A stretch of DNA of 54,530 bases from Faecousia sp. (GCA_045592805.1 JAZNVK010000234.1:1-54530), one strand, 5' to 3'; counted from the stretch's first letter, positions 1 to 9,273 are shown. Numbers and translations are program-made. Notes: generated by a model not told the origin, from the letters alone.

Positions 1-382
1 CTTCAACGTCAACTTCGCAGACAAGACCGAGATCAATGCCAAGCTGACCATTGCCTCTGGTTACACCAAGGCCGACATCACCTCCGTCAAGGTTCTGAAC
101 GAAAAGGGTGAAGTTGTCGATACCCTCACCCAGTTCACCGAGCTGGACGATGGCAGACTCCAGGTGACCTTCACCGGTGTGAAGTCCGCTAATATGCGTG
201 ATATGTACTACTTCGTGGCTTACGTAGGCGACCGGGTTGCCTCCCAGAATGTGGGCTACAGCATTGAAGCCTATGCCAAGAGCAACATCAACTCCTCCGA
301 TGCCGCCCTTGCCGCTCTGGTGAGAAACTGCATCTACTACGGCGACAGCGCCAAGGTCTACTTCGACAGCCTCATCAAGTAA
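1..382 (+). CDS. 3' end of a protein truncated by the window edge, probably a large secreted/surface protein
   Basis: Frame open from base 2 (FNVNFADKTEINAKL...) to TAA at 380-382; strongly biased codons; ends YSIEAYA...LVRNCIYYGDSAKVYF. Confidence 0.7.
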   Translation, partial: FNVNFADKTEINAKLTIASGYTKADITSVKVLNEKGEVVDTLTQFTELDDGRLQVTFTGVKSANMRDMYYFVAYVGDRVASQNVGYSIEAYAKSNINSSDAALAALVRNCIYYGDSAKVYFDSLIK

Positions 383-399
383 TTTCAAAATAACGCAAC

Positions 400-436
400 A
401 AGCGCCGTGGGACAAAAACCCACGGCGCTTCCTTTT
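400..436 (+). terminator. Rho-independent terminator
   Basis: aagcgccgtggg-acaaaaa-cccacggcgctt stem followed by cctttt, just after the stop codon. Confidence 0.8.
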
Positions 437-440
437 CTAA

Positions 441-472
441 ATAAATAACAGCGAAGCGTCAGCTCCGCTGTT
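441..472 (-). terminator. Terminator of the minus-strand TSCPD gene
   Basis: On the minus strand aacagcggagc-tgac-gcttcgctgtt, then an A/T-rich tail. Confidence 0.55.
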
Positions 473-480
473 TCGTTATC

Positions 481-726
481 TTAACCCTTTGCTGCAAGCA
501 GTGCTTTTGCCAGCTGATCCGGGCAGGAGGTTGCCTTCATGCCACAGCGAATGCCCTGGAGTCTGGAAATAACCTCATCGGCTTTCATGCCTTCTGCAAG
601 CTTAGCCACGCCCTGTGTATTACCGGAGCAGCCGCCGATAAAACGTACATTATGTACAATCTCATCCTCTACTTCAAAAACGATCTTGGCAGCGCAAACG
701 CCACTGGTCTTAAATTCATATTGCAT
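481..726 (-). CDS. TSCPD-domain protein (TIGR03905-like, stand-alone RNR-associated domain)
   Basis: GVC..., GGCSGN and GIRCG..TSCPDQLA motifs; start placed at ATG 726, 9 nt after AGGAG. Confidence 0.85.
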   Translation of the reverse strand: MQYEFKTSGVCAAKIVFEVEDEIVHNVRFIGGCSGNTQGVAKLAEGMKADEVISRLQGIRCGMKATSCPDQLAKALLAAKG

Positions 727-836
727 GTTCATATACTCCTTTTTGTTTTTTATTAGAATAACACTATTTTCTTTATTTTTCAAGATAGAATATTAAATTA
801 GTGACATAATAACAACATCAATACTGGGAGGTAATT

Positions 837-1526
837 ATGGAAGAGCAGAGAAATGAAACGCAGGAACGTGTAGAAAACCTCGGATCAGGCTTAACCAAAT
901 CTGAGCGGGGCTGTATTTATACCCTGACCATAATCGGTCAGATAGAGGGACATCAGGTTGCTCCGGACTCCGTCAAGACGACGAAGTACGAGCACGTACT
1001 GCCTCTCTTAGCTACAATTGAGGAAAGCGAAGAAATCGATGGTTTACTTTTGCTTCTGAATACCGTCGGCGGCGATATTGAAGCAGGACTTGCGATATCC
1101 GAGTTGATTGCAGGTATGCGGAAACCCACCGTATCTTTGGTGCTGGGTGGGGGACATTCCATCGGAATCCCACTTGCGGTTTCCGCAAAGAGGAGTATGA
1201 TTGCCCATACCGCAAGTATGATGATTCATCCTGTCCGGATGAGCGGTGTTGTGGTGGGTGCGCCTGCGACCTATCATTATTTTCAGCGAATTCAGGAGCA
1301 GATTACAGATTTTGTAACCGCAAACTCCAAGATCAGCAGAGAGCGGTTTTCGGAGTATATGATGGCGACGGGGCAAATTGCCACAGATGTGGGAACCATT
1401 GTCTATGGCAAAGAGGCAGTTGAAAGCGGCCTGATTGATGAACTGGGTAATCTCCATCATGCATTGGATACGCTGCATGAAATGATCGATGAGAACAAGA
1501 CAAAGAGAATTCTGGAAAAAGGATAG
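837..1526 (+). CDS. tepA: ClpP-family protein TepA
   Basis: IIGQIEGH, KTTKYEH, LNTVGGDIEAGLAI, VLGGGHSIG motifs; GGAGG RBS; lies upstream of spoIIIE as usual. Confidence 0.9.
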   Translation: MEEQRNETQERVENLGSGLTKSERGCIYTLTIIGQIEGHQVAPDSVKTTKYEHVLPLLATIEESEEIDGLLLLLNTVGGDIEAGLAISELIAGMRKPTVSLVLGGGHSIGIPLAVSAKRSMIAHTASMMIHPVRMSGVVVGAPATYHYFQRIQEQITDFVTANSKISRERFSEYMMATGQIATDVGTIVYGKEAVESGLIDELGNLHHALDTLHEMIDENKTKRILEKG

Positions 1527-1552
1527 TATTTTCGAAAAAAGTGTGCTATAAT
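1524..1552 (+). promoter_or_regulatory. Putative sigma-A promoter (extended -10) for uppP-like/ftsK
   Basis: tagtat-17 nt-TATAAT (1547-1552) with TG before the -10. Confidence 0.5.
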
Positions 1553-1591
1553 ATGTTCCTGAAATAGAAAGAAACGCTGAGGAGATGCGTC

Positions 1592-2431
1592 TTGAAGATT
1601 TGGGAAGCGATTATATACGGCATATTTGGTGGAATCACCGAGCTTTTGCCGATTTCTTTTAACGGGCACTATGCCTTTCTGCGGGGAGCATTCAATCTTT
1701 CCTCCTTAACAGAGGGCAGCGGCTATTATATCCGTGCAGCCATTAGCCTCGGAATTATGGTTGCGGTTATTTTCGGTTCAGCCGGCGAATTGAGGAAAAC
1801 AGGCAACGAGTTACTTGGAATTCTTGGTGTCAGGAAAATCCGACGTGGAGAGAAGAAGGATCTCTTATCCAGAAGAACCTTATCTTTGGTATTCTACTCT
1901 TTCCTGTTACTGTGCCTGTCCTTTATTTATCGTGCATCTGCAGACCGTATGATCCACTTGCTCTACAGCGCACTTTTGTTCGGCGCCAACGGCTTATTTC
2001 TCTATCTTTGCAATCGTGGGGCGGAAGGGAAGAAGTACGAGAGAGAAACCACTCTTCCCGACGCTCTGTTAATAGGCGCTTCATCTGCCGCTTCTGTATT
2101 CCCCGGATTCTCTGTATTCGGCAGCTCTCTGTCTGTCGGCCATGCCAGAGGACTCAGCTCCGGCTATGCTCTTCGCTACAGTCTGCTTTTATTTGTAGCT
2201 TATCAAGGGATCTCTTTCTTGTATTATCTTATTCGAGCGTTTCTTTACGGCTCCTTCGCTGCCTCTGTTTTGCTCTCGTTCCTGCTGGCTATGGTTTGTG
2301 CCACGGTTTTCGGCTATCTTGCACTTCAGTATCTTCGGTATATGCTGGGACAGCAGAAATTGGGTGCCTTTTCCGGTTATTGCTGGACAATCGCCATTGT
2401 AATGCTGATCCTGTCTTTGATCAACGCTTGA
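1592..2431 (+). CDS. Undecaprenyl-diphosphatase (BacA/UppP) family membrane protein with degenerate catalytic motifs
   Basis: GITELLPISFNGH and PGFSVFGSS correspond to the BacA motifs EGLTEFLPVSSTGH and PGxSRSGxT; multiple TM helices; C-terminal F..YC. Confidence 0.75.
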   Translation: MKIWEAIIYGIFGGITELLPISFNGHYAFLRGAFNLSSLTEGSGYYIRAAISLGIMVAVIFGSAGELRKTGNELLGILGVRKIRRGEKKDLLSRRTLSLVFYSFLLLCLSFIYRASADRMIHLLYSALLFGANGLFLYLCNRGAEGKKYERETTLPDALLIGASSAASVFPGFSVFGSSLSVGHARGLSSGYALRYSLLLFVAYQGISFLYYLIRAFLYGSFAASVLLSFLLAMVCATVFGYLALQYLRYMLGQQKLGAFSGYCWTIAIVMLILSLINA

Positions 2432-2452
2432 CTATTAACTAAGGAGTAAATT

Positions 2453-4990
2453 ATGGCTCAAAATGCAAAGAAAAAACCTTCTCAGGCCGCTATGGCAAGC
2501 AAGAAGGCGAATGAAACGAAAAAAGAGCAACAGAACCGACGGGAGATCACAGGTATCATCTTTGTTGTCGCCGCGCTCTTCGCTATTATCTGTTGTTTTA
2601 ATACGGATGCATTTCTCATTGGCCCCATGGGCACTCTGATTTGCGGCCTGATCGGACAATTCGGTCGTTATCTTCTGCCTGTAATGCTGGTTTGGAGCGG
2701 AGTGATCCTTTTCCGCAGCAAGGGCAGACCTGTTATCGTCCGTGTGCTGTGCATTATGTCTTTCCTGATCACCCTGCCGGCTCTGCTACATATCATTATG
2801 GAGCTTGTGGGTGACGAGGTTCCGCTGAATCTCATTGACTTGTATCGCAACGCTCCTTCCTGGGACGGAAGCGGTGCGATTGCGGGTGGTTTGGCTGAGC
2901 TGCTTCAGCTCTGCCTTACCAAAGCCGGCGCAATTATTGTCCTGATTCTGTTAATTATCGTCCAGGCCCTTCGTGCCGTGCGAATTACGGTGAACGGCTT
3001 GATTACAGCCATTAAAAAGCGTCCCCGTATCGAGAAGAAGGAGAAGGAACCGCAGGAGGAGATTGATCCTGCGGAGCGTCTGGTAAATCATGTCGCCAAC
3101 AAGCGAATTGCCAGCTATGAGAAGAAGCATTCCATTGCAGATTATGATCTGCCCGTGGATGACCCTCCTGCGTTGAAGAAAAAGAAAAAAGAGAAAGAAC
3201 CCAGCCGGGAGATTCTTCGTCCTATCGATATCGAAAGGGATCAGGTTACCATTGACGAGATCGAGCTTCAGGATCCTGTGGTTTCCAAGCCTGTTCCGCA
3301 GGATGAGATTCGGGATATTCCCGTTGCGGAAACTCCCGCAGAAGCGCCGTTTGATGCAGAAGAAACTGCTCCTGTTGTGGCGCAAAAGCCTGTGGAAGCG
3401 CCCACAGAGAAGCTGAAAAAGGGTGAAGCCGCTGCTGCTGCCGCCGAGATCTCCGTGGAAATTGAAGAGAAAACACAGGAAACCATTCCTGACTATGAAT
3501 TCCCCTCCGTTTCTCTGTTAGAGCTTCGTCGTCAGGGAATGGTAGATGCCACCTCGGAAATGCGCGAGAACTCCGCCCGTTTGGCTGAAGCGCTGAAAAG
3601 CTTCGGTATTGAGCCTCATATTGTCAATGTCATCCGTGGTCCTGCCATTACTCGCTATGAATTAGAGCTGGACAAGGGCGTTAAGCTTTCTAAAATTACC
3701 GGTCTGTCCGAGGATATCGCCCTTGCGCTTGGTGCTTCCGGTGTACGTATTTCTGCCATCCCCGATAAAATCTCTGTCGTTGGTATCGAGGTTCCCAATA
3801 AGGCTGTGAACACCGTATTCGCCCGTGAGGTCATTGATTCTCCTGTCTTCCGCAACAGCAAATCCTGCGTCAGCTTTGCTGTCGGTAAGGACATCAGCGG
3901 TAATTGCATCGTCGGTGATATTGCAAAGCTTCCCCATATGCTGATTGCAGGTACCACCGGTTCCGGTAAGTCCGTTTGCATGAATACCCTGATTCTGTCT
4001 CTGCTCTATAAAGCAAAGCCGGACGAGGTCAAGATGATCATGGTTGACCCCAAGATGGTCGAGCTGGGTATCTATAACGGCATCCCCCATTTGCTGATTC
4101 CCGTTGTCACCGATCCCAAGAAGGCGGCCGGAGCACTGCAATGGGCCGTTACGGAAATGCTGCGCCGTTATCGTCTGATGTCTGATCTGGGTGTCCGTGA
4201 CTTGGAGTCCTACAACAAGGCTGTCTTTGCTGATCCCGAGCAACAGAAGATGCCCAAGGTGGTCGTTGTGATCGACGAGTTGGCTGACCTTATGATGGCA
4301 GCTGCCAAAGAAGTGGAAGAGTCCATCTGCCGTATTGCTCAGATGGGTCGTGCCGCGGGAATGCACCTGGTTATCGCTACCCAGCGACCCTCTGCGGATG
4401 TGATTACCGGTCTTATGAAGGCAAATATCCCCTCCAGAATTGCGTTTGCAGTTTCCTCCGCCATGGAGTCCCGTATTATTCTGGACACGCAGGGCGCAGA
4501 AAAACTGGTCGGTAAGGGCGATATGCTCTTTGCACCTCTGGGGCAGGGAAAACCCAAGCGTGTGCAGGGCTGCTTCGTCACAGATGACGAGGTGCAGGCG
4601 GTTGTTTCTGCTATTAAGGCACAGTCCCAGAGCAATTATTCCAACGACATCATGGAACAGATCGAAAAGCGTGCAGAGCAATCCGGCAAGGGTTCTACCG
4701 CCGAAGCCACCAAAACTGCCCCTGAAGAAGAGGCAGGAGATGAGCTTCTGCCTGCTGCTGTCGAAGTGGTTCTTCAGACAGGCCAGTGCTCCACTTCCAT
4801 GCTGCAGAGACATCTGAAACTGGGTTATGCCAGAGCCGCACGAATTGTGGATGAGATGGAAGAACGCGGCATTGTTGGACCCTTGAAGGGCGCAAAGCCC
4901 CGTGACGTTCTGGTCACCCGTGAGCAGTGGGATCAGATGCAAAACGGCGAGTACGATCCCAATCCTCCCGTTGAGGAGGAAATCCCTTAA
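2453..4990 (+). CDS. ftsK: DNA translocase FtsK/SpoIIIE
   Basis: N-terminal TM helices, PHMLIAGTTGSGKS Walker A, IDELADLMM, ATQRPSADVITG, gamma domain LQRHLKLGYARAAR. Confidence 0.97.
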   Translation: MAQNAKKKPSQAAMASKKANETKKEQQNRREITGIIFVVAALFAIICCFNTDAFLIGPMGTLICGLIGQFGRYLLPVMLVWSGVILFRSKGRPVIVRVLCIMSFLITLPALLHIIMELVGDEVPLNLIDLYRNAPSWDGSGAIAGGLAELLQLCLTKAGAIIVLILLIIVQALRAVRITVNGLITAIKKRPRIEKKEKEPQEEIDPAERLVNHVANKRIASYEKKHSIADYDLPVDDPPALKKKKKEKEPSREILRPIDIERDQVTIDEIELQDPVVSKPVPQDEIRDIPVAETPAEAPFDAEETAPVVAQKPVEAPTEKLKKGEAAAAAAEISVEIEEKTQETIPDYEFPSVSLLELRRQGMVDATSEMRENSARLAEALKSFGIEPHIVNVIRGPAITRYELELDKGVKLSKITGLSEDIALALGASGVRISAIPDKISVVGIEVPNKAVNTVFAREVIDSPVFRNSKSCVSFAVGKDISGNCIVGDIAKLPHMLIAGTTGSGKSVCMNTLILSLLYKAKPDEVKMIMVDPKMVELGIYNGIPHLLIPVVTDPKKAAGALQWAVTEMLRRYRLMSDLGVRDLESYNKAVFADPEQQKMPKVVVVIDELADLMMAAAKEVEESICRIAQMGRAAGMHLVIATQRPSADVITGLMKANIPSRIAFAVSSAMESRIILDTQGAEKLVGKGDMLFAPLGQGKPKRVQGCFVTDDEVQAVVSAIKAQSQSNYSNDIMEQIEKRAEQSGKGSTAEATKTAPEEEAGDELLPAAVEVVLQTGQCSTSMLQRHLKLGYARAARIVDEMEERGIVGPLKGAKPRDVLVTREQWDQMQNGEYDPNPPVEEEIP

Positions 4991-5060
4991 CAGTTGCATC
5001 CTTCGGGATGTGCTGAATAAATTTGCGTTGCATCCGCAGAAGCGGAGCGACAGCAGGAGG
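4991..5060 (+). promoter_or_regulatory. Tandem-hairpin leader, candidate pan-motif-like cis-regulatory RNA
   Basis: Hairpin 1 (4991-5015) has a C(UUCG)G loop; hairpin 2 (5023-5056) has two bulged As and abuts the RBS; gttgcatcc is repeated in both 5' arms. Confidence 0.5.
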
Positions 5061-5068
5061 TAATTATT

Positions 5069-5674
5069 TTGAAGCACAACTCCGTCAAACGACTGGTAGG
5101 CATGGCAATGCTGATTGCAATTGTTGTTGTCCTGCAGTCCATTGCCAAGTATCTGACATTTGGCAATATCTCCTTTGCCCTGGTTTTAGTTCCGATTATT
5201 ATTGGCGCTGCCATTTACGGAAAACTTGCCGGTGCAATTCTCGGCGCTGTTTTTGGTCTGATGACCTTTTTCGGCGCAATGAACAGTCCCTATTTCGATG
5301 GTCTGCTCTTCCATACCAGCCCCGTCCTCTGCTTCCTGATTTGTATTTTGAAGGCAGTGGCGGCAGGCTACTGTTCCGGTCTTGTTTATCAAATCGGTAC
5401 CCGCAAGAGTAACGAGCCCAAGAGAGTATATGTTTCCTCTCTTCTGGCTGCTTTGACCGCGCCGATTGTGAATACCGGTATCTTCTGCGTAGGCGTGCTG
5501 GTCTTCTTCTATGATGTACTTAGCGGCAGCGCCATGGAAGGCGGCAAGAGTGCCATTACTTTCCTGTTCCTGGTTCTGGTCGGTGTGAACTTCCTGGTTG
5601 AGCTTGCGATCAATCTGATCTGCGCTCCGGTTATTAACACCGTAATTCGTGTCTATAGCAAAAACAATAAATAA
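5069..5674 (+). CDS. ECF transporter S component (PanT-like, possibly pantothenate)
   Basis: About 200 aa, hydrophobic; AMLIAIVVVL, VPIIIGAAIYG..AGAILGAVFG, VNT and ELAIN motifs; TTG start after GGAGG. Confidence 0.8.
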   Translation: MKHNSVKRLVGMAMLIAIVVVLQSIAKYLTFGNISFALVLVPIIIGAAIYGKLAGAILGAVFGLMTFFGAMNSPYFDGLLFHTSPVLCFLICILKAVAAGYCSGLVYQIGTRKSNEPKRVYVSSLLAALTAPIVNTGIFCVGVLVFFYDVLSGSAMEGGKSAITFLFLVLVGVNFLVELAINLICAPVINTVIRVYSKNNK

Positions 5675-5681
5675 TCGATTT

Positions 5682-5713
5682 GAGGAACTCCGGCTTCGGA
5701 GTTCCTCTTTTTT
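5682..5713 (+). terminator. Rho-independent terminator
   Basis: gaggaactccg-gctt-cggagttcctc followed by tttttt. Confidence 0.9.
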
Positions 5714-5743
5714 GTATTAAAAGACTTAGCGGCCGCATAAAGT
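5714..5743 (+). promoter_or_regulatory. Possible sigma-E promoter of the spoIIIA operon
   Basis: cataaagt (5736-5743) matches the sigma-E -10 cATAcanT; spoIIIA is a known sigma-E operon; -35 is weak. Confidence 0.4.
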
Positions 5744-5762
5744 GAGTCAGGGAGTGAGATCG

Positions 5763-6644
5763 ATGATTCAAAGGTTATCACAGGTGCTGACTTATTTTCC
5801 GGGACAATATGCGGAGGCAGTGGACAAACTGTCATCGGCACAGCAGAGCGAAATTGAGGAATTCAGGCTAAGAAACGGGTTTCCTCCAACGCTGTTGATT
5901 GGCAGGGGAGAGATGCAGCTACATAAAGACGCTGTCACCGGTAAAATCCTGGAAGAAATTCTCCTTCAGGCAACGGGACAAGCAATCTACTCCGCAAAAG
6001 AGATGCTGAAAAAAGGATTTCTAACGGTTCCCGGCGGCCACCGTCTGGGAATATGCGGAACTGCGGTTTATAAAAGTGATGAAATTGCTTTCCTGAAAGA
6101 TGTAAGTTCTATCAATCTTCGAATTGCTTCGCAGCGCCCGGGTTTTTCCCTTCCTGCTGTACAGTATTTATGGACTCATCCGGATTCAACATTAATCGTT
6201 GCGCCGCCCGGATGGGGCAAAACAACCTTGCTGCGTGATTTGATTTTGCAATTATCAAAACGCTTTCGCTGGAGAATCTCCGTATGCGATGAACGAATGG
6301 AGCTGGCTGCCTGTTTGGATGGAGCGCCACAGTTTGATTTGGGTCCTACCGTAGACGTAATCAGCGGCGCTTACAAATCGGAGGGGATCTCCATGCTGCT
6401 GCGTACCATGAATCCCCAATGGATCGCTGTGGACGAAATTACTTCTGTAGAGGATGTTTCTGCAATGTGCAAAGCATCCTACTGCGGCGTCCGTTTTCTG
6501 GCCACAGCCCATGCGTCGAACGAAAGTGAGCTAAAGGATCGGCCGGTATATCGGCAGCTATTGGAGGCAAAATTGTTTCGAACGATTATCATCATCGCCA
6601 AGAATCGGGAACTGGAGATAAGGGAGCTGATAGCGAATGTATAA
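5763..6644 (+). CDS. spoIIIAA: Stage III sporulation ATPase AA
   Basis: EEFRLR, GFLTVPGGHRLG, SSINLRIA, PPGWGKTTLLRD, DERMELA, LRTMNP..IAVDEI; ATG after GGAGTG. Confidence 0.93.
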   Translation: MIQRLSQVLTYFPGQYAEAVDKLSSAQQSEIEEFRLRNGFPPTLLIGRGEMQLHKDAVTGKILEEILLQATGQAIYSAKEMLKKGFLTVPGGHRLGICGTAVYKSDEIAFLKDVSSINLRIASQRPGFSLPAVQYLWTHPDSTLIVAPPGWGKTTLLRDLILQLSKRFRWRISVCDERMELAACLDGAPQFDLGPTVDVISGAYKSEGISMLLRTMNPQWIAVDEITSVEDVSAMCKASYCGVRFLATAHASNESELKDRPVYRQLLEAKLFRTIIIIAKNRELEIRELIANV

Positions 6645-7146
6645 ACTCATCGGAGTCATATTCATTGTAATGGGTGCAGGAGGCTTCGGGATTGCGAAAG
6701 GATATGGGTTTTTTGTTCAATTGAACAATGTCAAAGCGTTTTCGGATGCCTTGCAGCTTCTGAAATGCGAAATGAACTATACACTTTCTCCGCTTTCAAA
6801 ACTGTGCGCTACGGTATCAAAGCGAACGAAGGGAACCTGCTCGGTGTTTTTTAGAGAATACAGCCGCCTTTTAGCGGATGGCATCCCAAGATCGCTTGCG
6901 GTACAGCGCCTGTTGAGCGATGAGCGTAAGTACAGGCTGCCCAAAGATGCCCAACTGACCTTGCTGGAACTGTTTGAAGGAATTGGTGCTTATGAGATAG
7001 AAGGGGAGAACCAACGGTTGCGGATCGCTGTCCACAGATTACAGGCATCTGCGCAACGTCTGGAGCAAGAGAAAAAGCCGCTGGCAAAGAGTTATGCAGC
7101 ACTGGGGATTTGTCTCGGACTGGCTCTGGCCATTCTTTTTATCTAA
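6637..7146 (+). CDS. spoIIIAB: Stage III sporulation protein AB
   Basis: K.IG..., L..E..Y...PL, C-terminal LGICLGLALAILFI; operon position. Confidence 0.88.
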   Translation: MYKLIGVIFIVMGAGGFGIAKGYGFFVQLNNVKAFSDALQLLKCEMNYTLSPLSKLCATVSKRTKGTCSVFFREYSRLLADGIPRSLAVQRLLSDERKYRLPKDAQLTLLELFEGIGAYEIEGENQRLRIAVHRLQASAQRLEQEKKPLAKSYAALGICLGLALAILFI

Positions 7147-7149
7147 TCT

Positions 7150-7344
7150 ATGGAGATCGATCTGATATTTAAAATCGCCGCCGTAGGAATTATCGTGTCC
7201 ATTTTGAACCAGGTGCTTGTCCGTTCCGGCAGGGAAGAGCAGGCGACTATGACCACGCTGGCAGGTCTGGTCGTTGTACTTCTGATTATTGTCCAGAAGA
7301 TTGCCCAGCTGTTCGATCTGGTCAAGAACCTTTTTGATTTCTGA
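7150..7344 (+). CDS. spoIIIAC: Stage III sporulation protein AC
   Basis: MEIDLIFKIAAVGIIVSILNQVL.RSGREEQA..TTLAG signature. Confidence 0.95.
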   Translation: MEIDLIFKIAAVGIIVSILNQVLVRSGREEQATMTTLAGLVVVLLIIVQKIAQLFDLVKNLFDF

Positions 7345-7736
7345 TGGAACAGTTTTTACAGGCGTTGGTCATCGCCGTTATCGGGATCATTTTAGGCGCT
7401 GTCATCAAAAAATCTCACAAGGAGCTGGCGCTGCTTCTCAGCTTAGGTTGCTGTGTGCTGATCGGGATTCTTGTGATTCGCATGATTGATCCGATTCTCT
7501 CCTTCTTTACCCGTCTGCGTGAAATGGCAGGTCTGGAAAAGGAGTTGATGAAGCCGGTAATGAAATCGGTAGGAATCGGTTTGCTGACACAGATCACTGC
7601 ACGCATATGTACAGACGGCGGAGAGAGTGCGGTTGCCTCCCTGATTGAGCTGTGCGGCGGTGTATTGGCGCTCTATGTCGCCTTGCCCTTGCTGGAGGCC
7701 GTACTGGAAATGGTTCAAGGAATGAGCGGAGGATAG
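7344..7736 (+). CDS. spoIIIAD: Stage III sporulation protein AD
   Basis: K..GIG......IC.DGGE.A.AS.IELCG; operon position. Confidence 0.92.
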   Translation: MEQFLQALVIAVIGIILGAVIKKSHKELALLLSLGCCVLIGILVIRMIDPILSFFTRLREMAGLEKELMKPVMKSVGIGLLTQITARICTDGGESAVASLIELCGGVLALYVALPLLEAVLEMVQGMSGG

Positions 7737-7737
7737 T

Positions 7738-8808
7738 ATGCGCAGATTGCTGATAACCCTTCTGGTTCTCTTTGTATTATGCGGTACCGTATCAGCGGCA
7801 GAAGAGCCTTCTATCTCCACAGAGGATTTAACGGAAGGACTCTCCGACGAAGCGATGGAGCTTCTTCCCGAAAACATGGAGCAAGACACTGACTTTTGGA
7901 GCAGCTTAGAGAATATTCTCGCATCAACGTTTAAGAAAAGCTTCGGCAGCTTCTACGATGGCTTGCGCTTGTGCGGAATTCTTCTTTGTATCTTGACCTT
8001 GTGCTCCGCCATTGATTTATCGGCAAACAAGTCTATGGCAACGATCTTAAATCTGGTGGGCGCACTGGGGATTTGTGCGGCAATCATGGGATCGATGCGG
8101 TCTATGATTACCATGGCATCCGATATTGCGGAGGATATGTCATCCTACGGCAGTATTTTACTGCCTGCAATGGCTTCTGTAACGGCAATGAGCGGAGGGA
8201 TCAGCAGTGCAAGCGCTCTTTATGCCGGAACTGTAATTTTCTCTCAGCTGCTGCTTCAATTGATCGGCAGGCTCCTGATTCCGATGGTCTATTTTTATCT
8301 TGCCATAGCAACGGCGGAGGCTGCCATGGGGAGTCAAATGCTGTCCGAGCTCAGGGAGTTCATCGGCTGGCTTATCTCTAAAAGTTTGCGTATTATCTTA
8401 TATATTTTTCTCGCCTACATGACAATTACAGGTGTCATCAGCGGAACTGCAGATGCTGCTGCAGTAAAAGCAACAAAGGCAGCTGTTTCCGGTATGATTC
8501 CTGTGGTCGGCAGCATTCTTTCCGATGCTTCCGAATCGTTGCTCTCCGGGGCTGCCATAATGAAGAACTCTGTCGGTATCTTTGGTATGCTTGGGGTGTT
8601 CGCCAGCTGCTTGCTTCCCATCCTCAAGGTTGGAATGCAATATCTTCTGATGAAAATCACCGCTGCCATCGGCGGCTCTGTGGGTTTGGCATCTCAGGTA
8701 AAGTTATTGAAAGAATTTTCCAAAGCGATGGGCTATCTCCTGGCAATGTGTGCCTGTTCCGCATTGCTATTGCTCATCGGAATCATCTGTATGATGCGGG
8801 TGTCATAA
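7738..8808 (+). CDS. spoIIIAE: Stage III sporulation protein AE
   Basis: Polytopic membrane protein with IPVVG.ILSDA and KNSVG.FG motifs. Confidence 0.92.
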   Translation: MRRLLITLLVLFVLCGTVSAAEEPSISTEDLTEGLSDEAMELLPENMEQDTDFWSSLENILASTFKKSFGSFYDGLRLCGILLCILTLCSAIDLSANKSMATILNLVGALGICAAIMGSMRSMITMASDIAEDMSSYGSILLPAMASVTAMSGGISSASALYAGTVIFSQLLLQLIGRLLIPMVYFYLAIATAEAAMGSQMLSELREFIGWLISKSLRIILYIFLAYMTITGVISGTADAAAVKATKAAVSGMIPVVGSILSDASESLLSGAAIMKNSVGIFGMLGVFASCLLPILKVGMQYLLMKITAAIGGSVGLASQVKLLKEFSKAMGYLLAMCACSALLLLIGIICMMRVS

Positions 8809-9273
8809 ATGGATCAAATCAGAAGTTATTTGTTATCGGTAACCGCTGTATGTATGATCAGTGCTATCTGTCTTCATATGGTACAGCTCCCAAAAATCAA
8901 GGGGATTCTGCGCTTTGTTACGGGAATACTGGTGCTGTTGGTAGTCGCTTCCATCGCTCCCAAGGCAGAAGAATTATTACAGCAGGCAGACTTGTCAAAT
9001 TGGGAGTTTGGAGTCAACAAAGAGTCGCTGGAAGAGAACGTGCAGACGCAGCTGGCAAAGCATGTAGTATCCACAACGGAACAATACATAGAGCAAAAAG
9101 CTGCAGAACTCGGTGCGACAATACAGGCAAGAGTTCAGGTCAGCGAGGATGAATATCCCGTACCCTATGCGGTGACCGTCATAGGAACCCTTTCTCCGAA
9201 GCAGAAAACAGATTTGGCAGAGTATTTGTGTTACTCTCTGAACATCCCCTATGAAAGACAGGAGTGGAAATAG
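8809..9273 (+). CDS. spoIIIAF: Stage III sporulation protein AF-like
   Basis: Two N-terminal TM helices (K.ILRFV.G); sits between AE and AG. Confidence 0.75.
   Translation: MDQIRSYLLSVTAVCMISAICLHMVQLPKIKGILRFVTGILVLLVVASIAPKAEELLQQADLSNWEFGVNKESLEENVQTQLAKHVVSTTEQYIEQKAAELGATIQARVQVSEDEYPVPYAVTVIGTLSPKQKTDLAEYLCYSLNIPYERQEWK

Noticed and set aside
783-811. Forespore sigma-G/F promoters before tepA and the SASP gene
   Set aside because: Plausible -10 elements exist (cataata here), but the -35 matches and spacing are too ambiguous in AT-rich DNA to call.
3662-5077. 471-aa minus-strand ORF opposite ftsK
   Set aside because: Antisense shadow of a conserved, codon-biased gene; no recognisable motifs.
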